NCBI RefSeq assembly: GCF_009914755.1
Contig: NC_060934.1
Length of the DNA: 64,000 nucleotides
DNA from: the human T2T-CHM13v2.0 reference genome, Homo sapiens
Reading direction: 5' to 3' (one strand)
Shown here piece by piece: positions 1-14,307 of the stretch (position 1 is its first letter; every line of letters begins with the position of its first letter). The position numbers were made by a program, and so were the translations under genes. The notes under the pieces were generated by a model, which was not told the DNA's origin, searched no databases, and saw only the letters and a list, made by a program, of their open reading frames with translations.

Positions 1-250
1 ATACACAAACGTGGTCCCATAAGATTATAATACTGTATTTTTGCTGTACCTTTTCTATGTTTAGATACACAAATACTTAGCACTGTGTTATAACTGCCTA
101 CAGTATTCAGGACAGTCACATGCTGTACAGGTTTGTAGCCTAGGAGCAACGGGCTACACCATCTAGCCTGGGTGTGGAGGAGGATAGACCATCTAGGTTT
201 GTGTAAGTACACTCTGTGATGTTCCCACAACAATAAAATAGTGTAACAAC
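1..250 (+). mobile_element. Tigger3-family DNA transposon fragment
   Basis: GGTCCCATAAGATTATAATAC...TAGCCTAGGAGCAA...GTAAGTACACTCT motifs. Confidence 0.75.
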
Positions 251-269
251 AACAAACAAAAAAAAACAC

Positions 270-2325
270 GTCCACAGATGTTTATAGCAGAATTATTCAT
301 ACTAGCCAAAAAAGGTGGCAACAATCAAAATGCTCCAAAAGTGGCAGATGGATAAACAATAGAATATTATTCCACCACAAAAAGGAATGCAGTACTGATA
401 CATGCTACACACAACATGGCTGAACATTGAAAACATTTAGTCAAGTGCAAGAAAGCAGTCACAAAAGACCACATAAATATGATTCCACTAAAATAAAAGG
501 TCCAGAATCGGAAAATCTATGGAGATAGAGAATAGATTAATGGTTGCTTGGTGCTGAGGACCACAGACGACAGTGGGGTGATAGCTAAAGGTTATAGAAA
601 ACTACAAAACTCTAATGAACGTTATCGAAAACAGTCTAAATAAATGAAGACATAGTCCTTGTCCATGAATTACAAGACTATAGTGTTAAGATGTCAATTC
701 TTTCCAGTTTGATCTGTAGATTCAATCCAATTCCAATCAAAATCCCAACAAACTATTTTGTAGATATGGACAAAGTGAAATTTAAACCTTACATGGAAAA
801 GCAAAAGACTTAGAACAGCCAACACAATACTGAAGTACAACCAAGTAGGAAGACACATATTAGTTACTTTCAACACTTACTATAAAGCTACATTAATCCA
901 GACAGCATGGTATTAGCAAAGGAATGACACAGAGATCAATGGAACAGAATAAAAAGTTCAGAAACATACCCACAAAAATTGATCTTTGACAAAGGAACGA
1001 AGTCAATTCCATGGAGAAAGAAAAGTCTTTTTCAACAAATGGTGGTGAAACAATTAGATGGATATATGCAAAGAAAATGAACCTAAAGACCTTACACCTT
1101 TCACAAAAAATTAACTAAAAATGGATCACAGGCCTATATTTAAGGTGAGAAACTATAAAAATTCTAGAAGTGAAACAGAAAAATCTAGGTGACTTTTGGT
1201 TTGGCAATGAGTTTTTAGATACAACAGTAAAAATATGATCCATGAGAGAAATAATTGTTTAGTTTTGTACTTTATTAAAATTGAAAACTTTTGCTCTACA
1301 AAAGTCACTGTTAAGAGAATGAAAAGACAAGCTACAGACTGGAAGTATTTGTAAAACATACATCTGATTAAAGAATTTACATTCAAGATATACAAGGAAC
1401 TCTTAAAACTCATCAATAAGAAAACAACCCAATTAAAAACTGACAAAAGACCTGAATAGGCACTTCACCAAAGAATATATAAAGATGGCAAATAATAAGC
1501 ATATGAAAAGATGCTCAACATTATTTGCAATTAGGAAATACAAACTAAAACAATGAGATACTTTACATGTATTAGAATGGGTGAAATCCAAAAAACTAGT
1601 AATACCAAATGCTCGTGAATATGTGGTACAACTCTCATCCATTGCTGATGGGAATACAAAATAGAAAAACCACTTAGAAAGACAGTTTGACAGTTTCTTA
1701 CAAAGCTAAACAGAGTCATACCATACTAAACAGAGTTAAACATACCATACATCATGTTCTTAAGGATTTACCCATCTGATTTGAATCTGCTCATGAATGT
1801 TCATTGCAGTTTTATTAATAACCAACAAAAACTGGAAGCAACCAAGACATCATTCAATAGATAAATGGATAAACTGTGAAAGATCCATACGATTAGATTA
1901 TACAGCAATAAAAAGAAATGAGCTGTCAGGCCATGAGAAGGCATGGATGAATCTTAAATACACACTCCTAAGTGAAAGAAGCCAATCTGAAAAGGCTACC
2001 TACTGTGTAATTCCAATTAAAAGACATTCTAGAATAGACAAAACTACAATGAGAGTCAATAGATGACTGGTTGCCAGAAGTGTGAGGGAAGGAAGGTGAA
2101 ACACAGAGGATGTTAAGGTAGTAATTACATCCTGTATGGTGCTGTAATTGTGGATACCCAATATTGCGCATTTGTTAAAACCCATTTAAGTTTACCACAC
2201 AAAGAATGAACCCCAATGTATGCAAATTTTTTTTTTAATGTAGGCATTTGAGGTGGGTCGGGAATTCCAGGACAGAATGCAGACTATGACACAACAACCT
2301 AACTTTATTAAAAATGTATGAAACT
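270..2325 (+). mobile_element. Old L1 (L1M) ORF2/3'UTR fragments
   Basis: Degenerate ORF2 motifs (TTCAACAAATGGTG, AATGGATCACAG, AAATGGATAAACTGTG). Confidence 0.8.
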
Positions 2326-2950
<625 letters not shown>

Positions 2951-3139
2951 GTTTGAAACTACCTTCTTAAACCAGGATGAAGGAAAAGGTGCTAATCTCA
3001 AAACCTCTGAAAATGTGTAGAATCTGTAAAACTAAAGTTACTATATTCCAGTACTATAAATACTTTATTCTAGTTAATGAAGTCATAGTCCACAGAGGTA
3101 AAAGTTAACAATTCTGATGCTCTTGTATGTGCATACCAG

Positions 3140-3460
3140 AGGCTCTAGGGAAGAATTCCCTCTTTCTTTCTTCCACCTTCTTGTGGCTGCTGGCATTCTT
3201 TGGCTTGTGGTCACATCACTCCTATCTTGAAGGCCAGCATCTTCAAATCTGTTTCTTCTTCACATAGCCTTCTGTGTGTGCAGTGCCCTCTACCTCTCTC
3301 TTATAAAGACATTTGTGATTAAATGGAGGGTTTAGGATAATCTCGTCAAGATCCTTAACTTAATCACAACTGCAAAAACCTCTTTCCCAAATAAGGTAAC
3401 ATTCACAGGTTCCAGGGATTAGGACCTATTATCTTTGGTAAGTATTATTCAGCCTACCAC
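3140..3460 (-). mobile_element. MLT1 (MaLR) LTR
   Basis: CCAAATAAGGTAACATTCACAGGTTCCAGGGATTAGGA...TTCAGCCTACCACA. Confidence 0.75.
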
Positions 3461-3785
3461 AATAGCTAAAACAATTCTGAAAAAGAAGAATAAAGTGAGA
3501 GAAATCAGTTTATCTGATTTCGATACTTATTGTATAGCTATGGTAAATAAGGCTGCATGGTATTAAAGAAAGGACATATATGAATGAAACAGAATAGAGG
3601 ACCCAGAAATAGACCCACACAAAGGAGCCCAAATTATTTTTAACCAAGGTAGAAGACAATTTATTGGAGGAAAGACAGCCTTTTCAACAAATGGTACTAT
3701 AACAATTAGATATCCATAGGCAAAAAAAAAAAAAAAGAATCTTGATCTAAGGCTCACACCTTATATAAAATAATATTAAACTCAT

Positions 3786-4076
3786 GGCCAGGCACAGTGA
3801 CTCATGCCTATAATCCCAATACACTGGGAGGCTGAGGCAAGAGTATCACTTGAGGCCAGGGGTTCAAGACTAGCCTGGGCAACACAGTGAAACTCTATCT
3901 CTACAAAAAAATTATAAACTAGCTGGGCATGGTGGCACATGCCTGTAGTCACAACTACTCACGAGGCTGAGAAGATCACTTAAGCTGAGTGGTTCAAGGT
4001 TCTAATGACTACAATCGTGCCACTGCACTCCAGCCTAGGTGACAGACAAAGACCCCATCTCAAAAAAAAAAAAAAA
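3786..4076 (+). mobile_element. Alu (J-like)
   Basis: Alu consensus with A-tail. Confidence 0.93.
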
Positions 4077-4161
4077 TTACTCAAAATGGATCACAAATTC
4101 AAACATAAAATGTGAAACTATAAACTTAAAAAAAAATAAAGCATTCAGGATCTAAGGCTTC

Positions 4162-4860
4162 TGTGATGGTTAACTGTATGTGTCAAATGGGCTGGGCCAC
4201 AGTACTCAGATATTTCCATTATTCTGAAAGTTTCTGTGACAGTGCTTTTTTTTGGATGAAATTAACACTTTTAAATGTGGACTGAGAGTAAAGCAGATTG
4301 CCCTCCAGAATGTGAGTGGGCCTCATCCAATCAAATGAAGGCCTGAATAGAACAACAGACTGACCTACCTCAAGCAAAAAGATATTCTGCCACCAGACAG
4401 CCTATCAATTTGAAGTGCAACATCAGCTCTTCCCTGAGTCTCTAGCCTGCCAGTCCACCCTGCAAATTCTGGACTTCATGCATCACTTAACAACGGGGAT
4501 ATTTTCTGAGAAATGTAACAGTCAATTTCATCTTTGACTTTCACAGAGCGTTCTTACACAAAACGAGATGGTATAGCCTACTACACACCTAAGTTAGATG
4601 GTATAGCCTATTGCTCCTAGGTTACAAAATTGTACAACATATTATTGTACTGAATACTGTAGGCAACTGGAACAAAATGGTAAGTATTTGTGCATCTAAA
4701 CATAGAAATGAACAGTAAGAATACAGTATTATTATCTTCTGGTACCGTCATCATTCATGCAGTCCATCATTGACTGAAATGTCATTATGCGGTGCATGAC
4801 TGTATACACACACACATACACAACCTTATCAGTTCTATTTCTCTGGAAAAGCCTAATATA
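4162..4860 (+). mobile_element. MLT2 (ERVL) LTR, interrupted by Tigger3
   Basis: TGTGATGGTTAA.TGTATGTGTCAA start; TTCTCTGGAAAAGCCTAATA end. Confidence 0.75.
4477..4803 (-). mobile_element. Tigger3-family MITE
   Basis: Ends ...TTATGCGGTGCATGACTG-TA; reverse complement of the element at 1-250. Confidence 0.75.
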
Positions 4861-5987
4861 GCTAGAGTTCTTATACTTGATATAAAGGCATGATCTATAA
4901 AAGGGAAAACGGATAAACTGGACCTCAACAAAGTTAAAACTAGTTCTTGGACTTAACACAAAACCATGATTCCACATAAGGAAAAAGCAGTAAACAAGAC
5001 TTCACCAAAGTTAAAAACTTGTGCTCTGCAAAGACACTATCAAGAGGATGAAAAGGCAAGCTACATGCTGGGAGAAAATATCTGCAAACCATGTATTTGG
5101 CAAATGGCTAGTATCTAAACTATGTAAAAAAAAAAACTCTCAAAATTCAACAGTAAAAAAACCAAACAATCCAATTCGAAAATGGGCAAAAGACATGCAG
5201 AAACATTTCAATGAAGAGGATATATCAATGGCAAATAAACATATGAAAACATATTCAACATCAGTACCCATTAGAGAAATGCACATCAAAATCAAAATGA
5301 GATTACCCACCTATCAGAATGGCTAAAATAAAAAAATAGTGACAACACCAAATGCTGGTGAGCACGCGGAGGAACTGGATTACTCATACGTTGCTGGTGG
5401 GAATTTAAAATGATACTGTCACTCTGTAAAAACACTTGGGACTATTTTCTAAAAACTAACCATGCAACTACTTTATGAACAGCAATTATACTTGTAGGCG
5501 TTTATCCCAAAGAAATGAAAAGTTATATTCACATAAAAACCTGTACAGAAATGTTTACAGCAGCTTTGTTTGCAACAGCCAAAAACTGGAAACAACCTAG
5601 ATATTCTTTTATGGATAAATGGTTAAATAAACTATGGTACATCCATACCATAGAATACCACTCAGCAACAAAAAGAACAAACTATTGATAACACACAGCA
5701 GCCTGGATCAATCTACAGAGTTATACTGAATGAAAGGCCAATCCCCAAAGGTATGATTCCATTTATATAAAATTCTTCAAATGACAAAAGTATAGCAATG
5801 GAAAACAGATGAGTGGTGATTGGGGTTAAGGAGGGTTAAGATGGGAGGGAATTGGTTATGGCTGTAAAAGGGCAACATACAGGATTCCCGTGGTGATGGA
5901 AATGCTCAGCATATTAACTGTACCAATCTGAAACCCCTGATCGTGATATTACAGTATAGTGTTGCAAGATGCTACCACTAAAGGTAA

Positions 5988-6365
<378 letters not shown>

Positions 6366-6649
6366 TGAAAAGTTTAATTAAAGAAGACTGATCAGTAGTG
6401 ATGTAAGTCAGGAAAATGAAAACCTCCTAAGACAGACATAGGAGCTGAGGGTGTGATATCGACAAGGAAGGGGCTCGAGACTGGTTACAGAATATATACA
6501 TAAGTAAAAATTCATCAAGCCATACACTGAAAATTAGTAATATTTACACCCTTGCTATGCTTGAAAAAAAAATTATTTAAATTTGGCATCTGATTATTAA
6601 TCTTGTTGGCTGTGATAATTGTATAAATTATGTATAAAATTTTGCGGGG

Positions 6650-6772
6650 TTTTTTGGTTCTTGTTTTTAGAGACGAGGTCTCACTATGTCACTCAGGCTG
6701 GTCTCAAACTCCTGGCCTCAAGTGATCCTCCCACCGCAGCCTCCTGCATAGCTGGGACTACAAGCGCACACT
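6650..6772 (-). mobile_element. Alu monomer (FLAM-like)
   Basis: Partial Alu. Confidence 0.8.
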
Positions 6773-7290
6773 AAAATTCTTTTAACTGCCTTGTAAATTA
6801 TCAACAATGAAACCATGAGTATCTTTAGCAGAAACAGTTTGGGTGATGTGGTGGAGCCAGAAACCACACTGGAGAGGTTATCATGTGAGTGGGAAATGAG
6901 CAAGTGCAGAAAAGCAAATACATATCAGTTTTTCCAGGGGTCGCCGATAAAGGTAAAGGAAGATAAAAGATGCTCAGACGGGAAGGAGGAGCTGAAGAAG
7001 AGCTTTACTAAGATGAGAAAAACATGAGCAAATGTAAATGCTGAAAACACTTGACAAACAACAAGTCTAAAGCCATATGAGCACAATACTATAATCTTTG
7101 GCATAAGGTATGTGAAATGTGGGAAGAGTGAATATGAGGAGAATGTTCTTTGATTGCACAGGAAACACTTGCATTGTACTGGGGGAAAAGAGGACTGTTG
7201 ATACAGGTGTATTTATAGATCTGATGGTGGAAATAATAACAGAAATAACAACAATAATAACAATGGCAGCTATATTTTATGGCATACTTA

Positions 7291-7730
7291 TTGTTATAGC
7301 CAGTCCCCAAGGAGGCTCCTCAATGATCCTCAAATCCTGATATGCACACCCCTGTGTAGTCTCCTCCCACACAGAACAGGGCTGAACTGCACAATCAATA
7401 GGATATGACAGTGGGCAATTTCAAAGATGAGGACTAAAGGACAATGCAGTGTCTACCACGTTCTCTCTGCTCCATCTGAAGAAAACTAGAAACAACACAC
7501 AAGCAGCCATGAAGAGGCCCAACTAGCCCCACGTGAGTGAACCATCTTCAGAAGCAGCCCCTCCAGCCCCAGCCTTCATTAGGACTGCAACCTCAGGAGA
7601 CATCCCTAGCCTTCGGAATCACCCAACTAAGCTGCTTCTGATTCAGTGACTCACAGGAACCAAGTGGTAATGTTTACTATTTTAAGCCACTCGAATTGGG
7701 GGTAGTTTATTAAACATCAATAGATACATA
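7291..7730 (+). mobile_element. MLT1-type LTR (old)
   Basis: TTTTAAGCCACT...GGGGTAGTTT..TA.ACA.CAATAGATA terminus. Confidence 0.6.
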
Positions 7731-8736
7731 ATGCATTTATTATGTGCCTCAAGAACCGTGACCCCAATTTTTAAATGAAGAAACTAAAACACACAGAGGT
7801 TCAGTGATTTTCCCCAATTATCACACAGATGGCAAGTGATACAGAACCAGATTCCAATCTAAAGCCAGTACTATTAACCATGTGCTCCCCAAAGCTGAAG
7901 TCGTTTCCATCCCATGGCTTTCATATTTGCTGTAAAGTGGAAGGAAGGCAAGGTTATCTTCTCATGAGAGCAGGGGAAAATAAGTGAAACAGAGAACTGA
8001 GTAAAATGAAGAAGGTCTGAAACAGCTGCCATGGAGAGTTAGGAAGAGGGCTGGCTGGAGAAATCTAATAGGATTTCCAAACAGTGTTAAGGCCCCAGGA
8101 GAAGTTAGGAGCCATGGAACTCCAGGGCAGTGAACTTAAGATGACTGTAATGAAAAAAACATAGGATTGCGTGCGTACATAAATATAAAATGTAATTTGA
8201 AGTGTGAAATTGTGGTGATGGCTGGATGGAATCCTGTGTCTTTCCTAAGGCCCATTAGTTCCCTGAGGAGCTAAATATAGAAAAATTCCAGGAAAGACTA
8301 TATATTCTATGTCAGAGTATCACATAAAGACTGAACAAAAACTCACTAAGACACACAATGATAAACTGACAGAGGTACTTCACATAGCTTCCTTGATCTC
8401 AAACACTAGAAGTTTTTCTAAAGTCTTCCCTTTTTCCTATTTCCATTCCAAAATGTCACAAGAAAAATTACAACCTACAGAAAGAATATACTTCCATGAC
8501 AATCAGACCACACCTAAGGGCACCCCTCGCAATTATTCCCAGACTTGATGAATAATCTTACAACAGAGCTTCAAGCCAAAAACTCATTAATTTTTAAATT
8601 CACTTAAAGTTAGACTTTTCAAAATATATTCAAGTTTCAATTTCACGTATGTACTTTTAAAATGTCTTCACTTCACTTGAGAAATAAAATGGCATAGATC
8701 TAATCTCAAAAGAAAGGTTTAAAAAGAAAAAAAAAA

Positions 8737-9039
8737 GCCAGGTACAGTGGCACACACCTGTAATCCCAGCTCTCTGGGAGGCCAAGGCAGAAGGATCACT
8801 TGAGCCCAGGAAGTGACCAGCCTGGGCAACACAGTGAGATCCTGTCTCTAAAAAAAAAAAAATTTTTTTTAATTAGCTGGCTGTGGTGGCACACACCTGT
8901 AGTACCAGCTACTGGGGAAGCTGAGGTGAGAAGATCACTTGAGCCCAGGAGGTGAAGGCTGCAGTGAGCCATGACTGTTCCACTGTATTATAGCCTAGGC
9001 AACAGAGCAAGACCTTGTCTTAAAAAAAAAAAAAAAAAA
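8737..9039 (+). mobile_element. Alu (J-like), about 520 nt into intron 3
   Basis: Full dimer with A-tail. Confidence 0.95.
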
Positions 9040-9559
9040 GAACCAGGAACACAGAAAAATTTTTCCAGACTAATACTCAGTGAAATCAAGTGTGGATACT
9101 TAGACACTTAAGACAAAAGTTAGCAGTTAATATTCCAAGGACATCTTTCCTCAAATAACCATTATTACCTGAAGACTTCTTGGAACCAAGTCAAAATGGG
9201 TACAGGTAAAAAAGAGTAAAAATTTTTTCTATTAGAAGAAATATCATCACTGAGTAAATTAAGTAAATCCCCTCTGCCTTATACATAATCAATAGAGAAA
9301 AGGGAAAAAAAGTTTCCTCACTTAAAGTAGATCTAGTCCTGTCATGGTATAAGAATAATTATGAAAACCAAAGTGACCCTTTATGAACTCCACAAGTTAT
9401 TTCACATATTTTCTAGATCTCTAAATCAGGATAGAACCCATGTACTCTGAAAATACAAAGCAAAACAAGTCTTAACTCTTACAAATATTTCAATTAAAAC
9501 TATAACTAATATTTTCACTAGGGTGGTACAGTGTTTCCTCATTCTATTTTTAATCTTAC

Positions 9560-10243
9560 CCTTATCTGTTCAGTGGAGCTGCTGCTAAGTTCATCACCAG
9601 ATTCAGAATCTTGATGTATTCTTTCAGAGCCTTCTCCTGCGGAATCACAAGATTGTTCCTGGGAGAAGCTAGTTTTCTCTACATCCAAGAACTCTGGACC
9701 GGGAAAATGACCAAATGAGCGTGTCCTATTCTGGCTGGAAACTTTAGGAGAATGTGAGTCATTGTTAAACTTTCCGTTATTATGGGTCAGGTCCAGGCTT
9801 AGGTTGACAGTCTGACCTTGATTATAACTGGGTCCAAAATTCTGATTGGCATCACGAATAAGACCTGTTCCTTGAACAGATGACGATGGCTTTCCGAAAC
9901 TTGAAAGCTCAGGCAATTTGTTCACATTTTCTGTTGATCTCTGAAGATGCAAACTCTGCATTATTTTCGTGGAGTTATTTGGCAGACCAGCTACCTGCTT
10001 AACAGGTGGCATGAGAGCTTTGCGCGTGACCTCCTTCACATACTGGGCTGGCACATAAAACGCTTTGGAGTTTTCATCTGGCTTGACTTGCCACCAGTCA
10101 TCATTGGTCTTTTTCACCAAGATGTACCTCTCCCCTTGTTTTATCACAATCTTTCTGTCCTTTGCTTCATATTCATAATCATATTCCACCTCAATATACA
10201 CTTGTCCTGGAATAATCTTCCCACTTCTGTCAGCCATTTTCAT
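9560..10243 (-). CDS. ARHGAP12: ARHGAP12 first coding segment (codons 1-228: N-terminal SH3 domain plus Ser-rich linker)
   Basis: ATG at 10243; SH3 signature (YDYEY...QGERYILV..TNDDWWQV...FYVPAQYV); donor AGG|GTAAGA at 9560/9559; 684 nt = phase 0. The last 6 aa (VRLKIE) of the ORF track are intronic read-through. Confidence 0.96.
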
Positions 10244-10253
10244 TCAATAATAT

Positions 10254-10283
10254 TCACCTCTCAAAAAGGATGTTATACCACAT
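10254..10283 (-). other. uORF MWYNILFER* in exon 3 5'UTR
   Basis: ATA ATG TGG TAT AAC ATC CTT TTT GAG AGG TGA; ends 10 nt before the main ATG. Confidence 0.7.
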
Positions 10284-10709
10284 TATGGCTTTATGGCTTG
10301 TTGGATGAATATAGCTGTTTTATTTAAATGGAGAAAGAGAATGAAGAAAAAAGTTAATGCAATCTGGATTTCGTATTTACTCACAAGCATCATATAGTAT
10401 AGGCCATTTAAAGAACATTACTTCAAATCTCAAACCCCAAAAAGCAAACATGTGTCTACTATCATATGCACTGCCACATTAAAAACACTTTCATTCTAAT
10501 TGTAATCTACATTTTTCAGTCACTTATGACCAAAACAAAAGCCGATAACTGGAACAGTAAATATACACTAACCAGGTAGACACAAGAGTTGAGAAGAACT
10601 TTCCTTCCTTTCATTACTCCCTCAAACCTCCTTCACCTTCTTAGAAAGGCTCACTAATAACTAATATGCATTTACTTTCATTTCTATAACAATTCCAAAA
10701 TATTTTAGT

Positions 10710-10783
10710 ACCTCCTAGAACACGGCATTACGGGTTTAAATGATCACCTCCTAGAACACGGCATTACGGGTTTAAATGATCAC
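10710..10783. repeat. Perfect 36-bp tandem duplication
   Basis: CCTCCTAGAACACGGCATTACGGGTTTAAATGATCA x2. Confidence 0.97.
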
Positions 10784-10822
10784 TGCATCCTCACATCACT
10801 ACAGCATGAGCCAGTTCCCACC

Positions 10823-11604
<782 letters not shown>

Positions 11605-11912
11605 ATTCAACCCAATGCTCAAGGATCCTAAGGCAAACTGAGATTTACCAAAAATGTGCAAACCCAAGGTTCCATAACAACCTACTAATTTTCTATAGCA
11701 AACAAGTACTGAGCATATTATTCTACACTACAGGTGTAGTAACCATCATTCTCCTGAGGATAACAATCTTCTCTATGACAGATAACGCCTATAAGGCCAG
11801 GTGGTAAGTCAATTAGTCACTGATACAATCTTGTTAACTGAAATTTACTTTCTAGACAAACTACTTGACTAACAAATTTAATACAACACATTTTCAAAAA
11901 ATAAAAAATTAC

Positions 11913-11951
11913 CTTAGAACAAGGAGATCTACACCAGTATCACATTTAAAC
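11913..11951 (-). other. ARHGAP12: ARHGAP12 non-coding exon 2 (39 nt)
   Basis: ttatttatttttttacag|GTTTAAATGTGATACTGGTGTAGATCTCCTTGTTCTAAG|gtaatt: strong acceptor and donor in unique sequence. Confidence 0.85.
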
Positions 11952-12394
11952 CTGTAAAAAAATAAATAAGTTCATTAACTCAAACCAAGATCGCTGAAGA
12001 CTAAGAATATAATGTTGCTTACATTTTTAAAAGCAAAACTTTTTTTATAATAGCTATAAGGAATCAGGAAAGTTTTATACATCAAGATTGTGGTCAGCAC
12101 CGCCCTCCAAATACATGCAAACACAACCACCAACAGCCACTGAGGCTGGCTTTACCACTGCCCTCTCCCACTGTACTTCCACACTGTCTCAAACTTCATT
12201 TTGTCCCTTATTTTTAATTCTGACAAGCATCTTTCTAAACTTCTGATTATACAACAAACATCTCTTCTATTATAAAACTGTGAGGATGAAATAACTGTTT
12301 TTCAAGTTTATGTATTGAATGGGTAAAGAGAATAAAAACGTATGTTAAAAGTTATTAGGTGTCCTAACACATTTGTCCCCTGATTACTTCCTAA

Positions 12395-12998
<604 letters not shown>

Positions 12999-14307
12999 TA
13001 CTTACTAATCTTAAATAGGATAAAATACCTTAACAATGGAAAGATGTGGTGGCATAAGCTTAACCAAATGATCAAACTTAAGAGCACTAATGCGACCTGA
13101 CAAGATATGCCTCCTATGTGATGCAATAAAACATACACAATGTCACCTACGTTATATTCTTGTCAAAAGCATGTTTCACCTTAAGCAATTATTAGAAAAC
13201 AATCAAACAAATCCAGAATGTGAGACATTCTATTAGACAACAGACCTGAACTCTTCAAAAAAGTACTGTCAAGGGAGGGGGATTCTTCTAGACTAAAAAA
13301 GACTATTAATACATAATAACCAAATCTACTTGGTGGTCCAATAAATACCTCAAACTTATCATAACCAAAATGTATTCCCATCTCTACCCTACCCGAGCTC
13401 TGCCAAATATGCTCACCCCATGGTCTCTTCCATCACAGTAAACAGGAATTCTGACCTTTCAGACGCTCAGTCGTTACTTTCATGCATTACCAGAACGCTA
13501 GTCACTATGTGCTTTGATCATTTACCTATACAAATTTTTCACAACTTTTCAAAATTTTACCCTGAAATGCTTATCCTTAGGTGATTTTTTTTCCAGGAAA
13601 GTAATAAAATAACTTAAGAAATATCTTTGAAGATACAGAGATGAGCGAGGGAATATGCAGCTACTTTTCAAAAGGTTACAGCAGCTCAGACATACTATAG
13701 TTAGTTAGACATTTATCCCTAAGAATGGAGAAAAGAAGGATGAAGAATAACAAGTGAGCTGTACGGTTTCACACTAGTGGGAGAGGAATTGTGGGGCTGG
13801 GGACAACAATGAGTTAAAGGCCAGTCCACATTCAATCTCTTTCACTGCCAGGCTTTAGGACTACACCTTCCCCACAGTGACTACAAAGATAAGTATGAAG
13901 GAGGAGTTAGGGAGAAAGATAAAGCAAGTCGGTTTTACTATGTTCAACATGAGACATCCAATCTAGAGTTTTAGTTAAAGGCAATGAGAAGTAGGAGGGC
14001 AAAGGAGATGGATAAGTGGTCAAAAGGTATCTCTATAGAAAAGGTGGTTAGATACCAAGGCAGGTAAAATGAGCAAGAGTGGAGACAATGGGATAGAAAG
14101 TAAGAGCTGAGATAGATTTCTAGTCAATACCGGGGTGAAGGGTGGGGAAACAGGTTGGGAAGCTCCAAGAGAAACTATTAAAATTATAAACATGCAGAAA
14201 GCCACATAGCAGGAACTACATGTTACAATCCAAGGTCTAGGAAGAGCCACATAAAAATGAAAGAAAAAAACTTATTATAAATTATTCATTCAGAAACAAT
14301 GAAAATA

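Larger units (their letters stand above)
9560..10314 (-). other. ARHGAP12: ARHGAP12 exon 3 (755 nt; 71 nt 5'UTR + 684 nt CDS)
   Basis: Acceptor tctctttctccatttaaataaaacag|CTATA at 10315/10314; donor at 9560/9559. Confidence 0.85.

Noticed and set aside
9539-9559. C-terminal VRLKIE* of the 234-aa ORF and an ATTAAA just inside intron 3
   Set aside because: A strong donor at 9560/9559 explains the ORF end; no further support for an intronic poly(A) isoform from sequence alone
9947-10327. 126-aa ORF antisense to exon 3
   Set aside because: Shadow ORF with no recognisable motif
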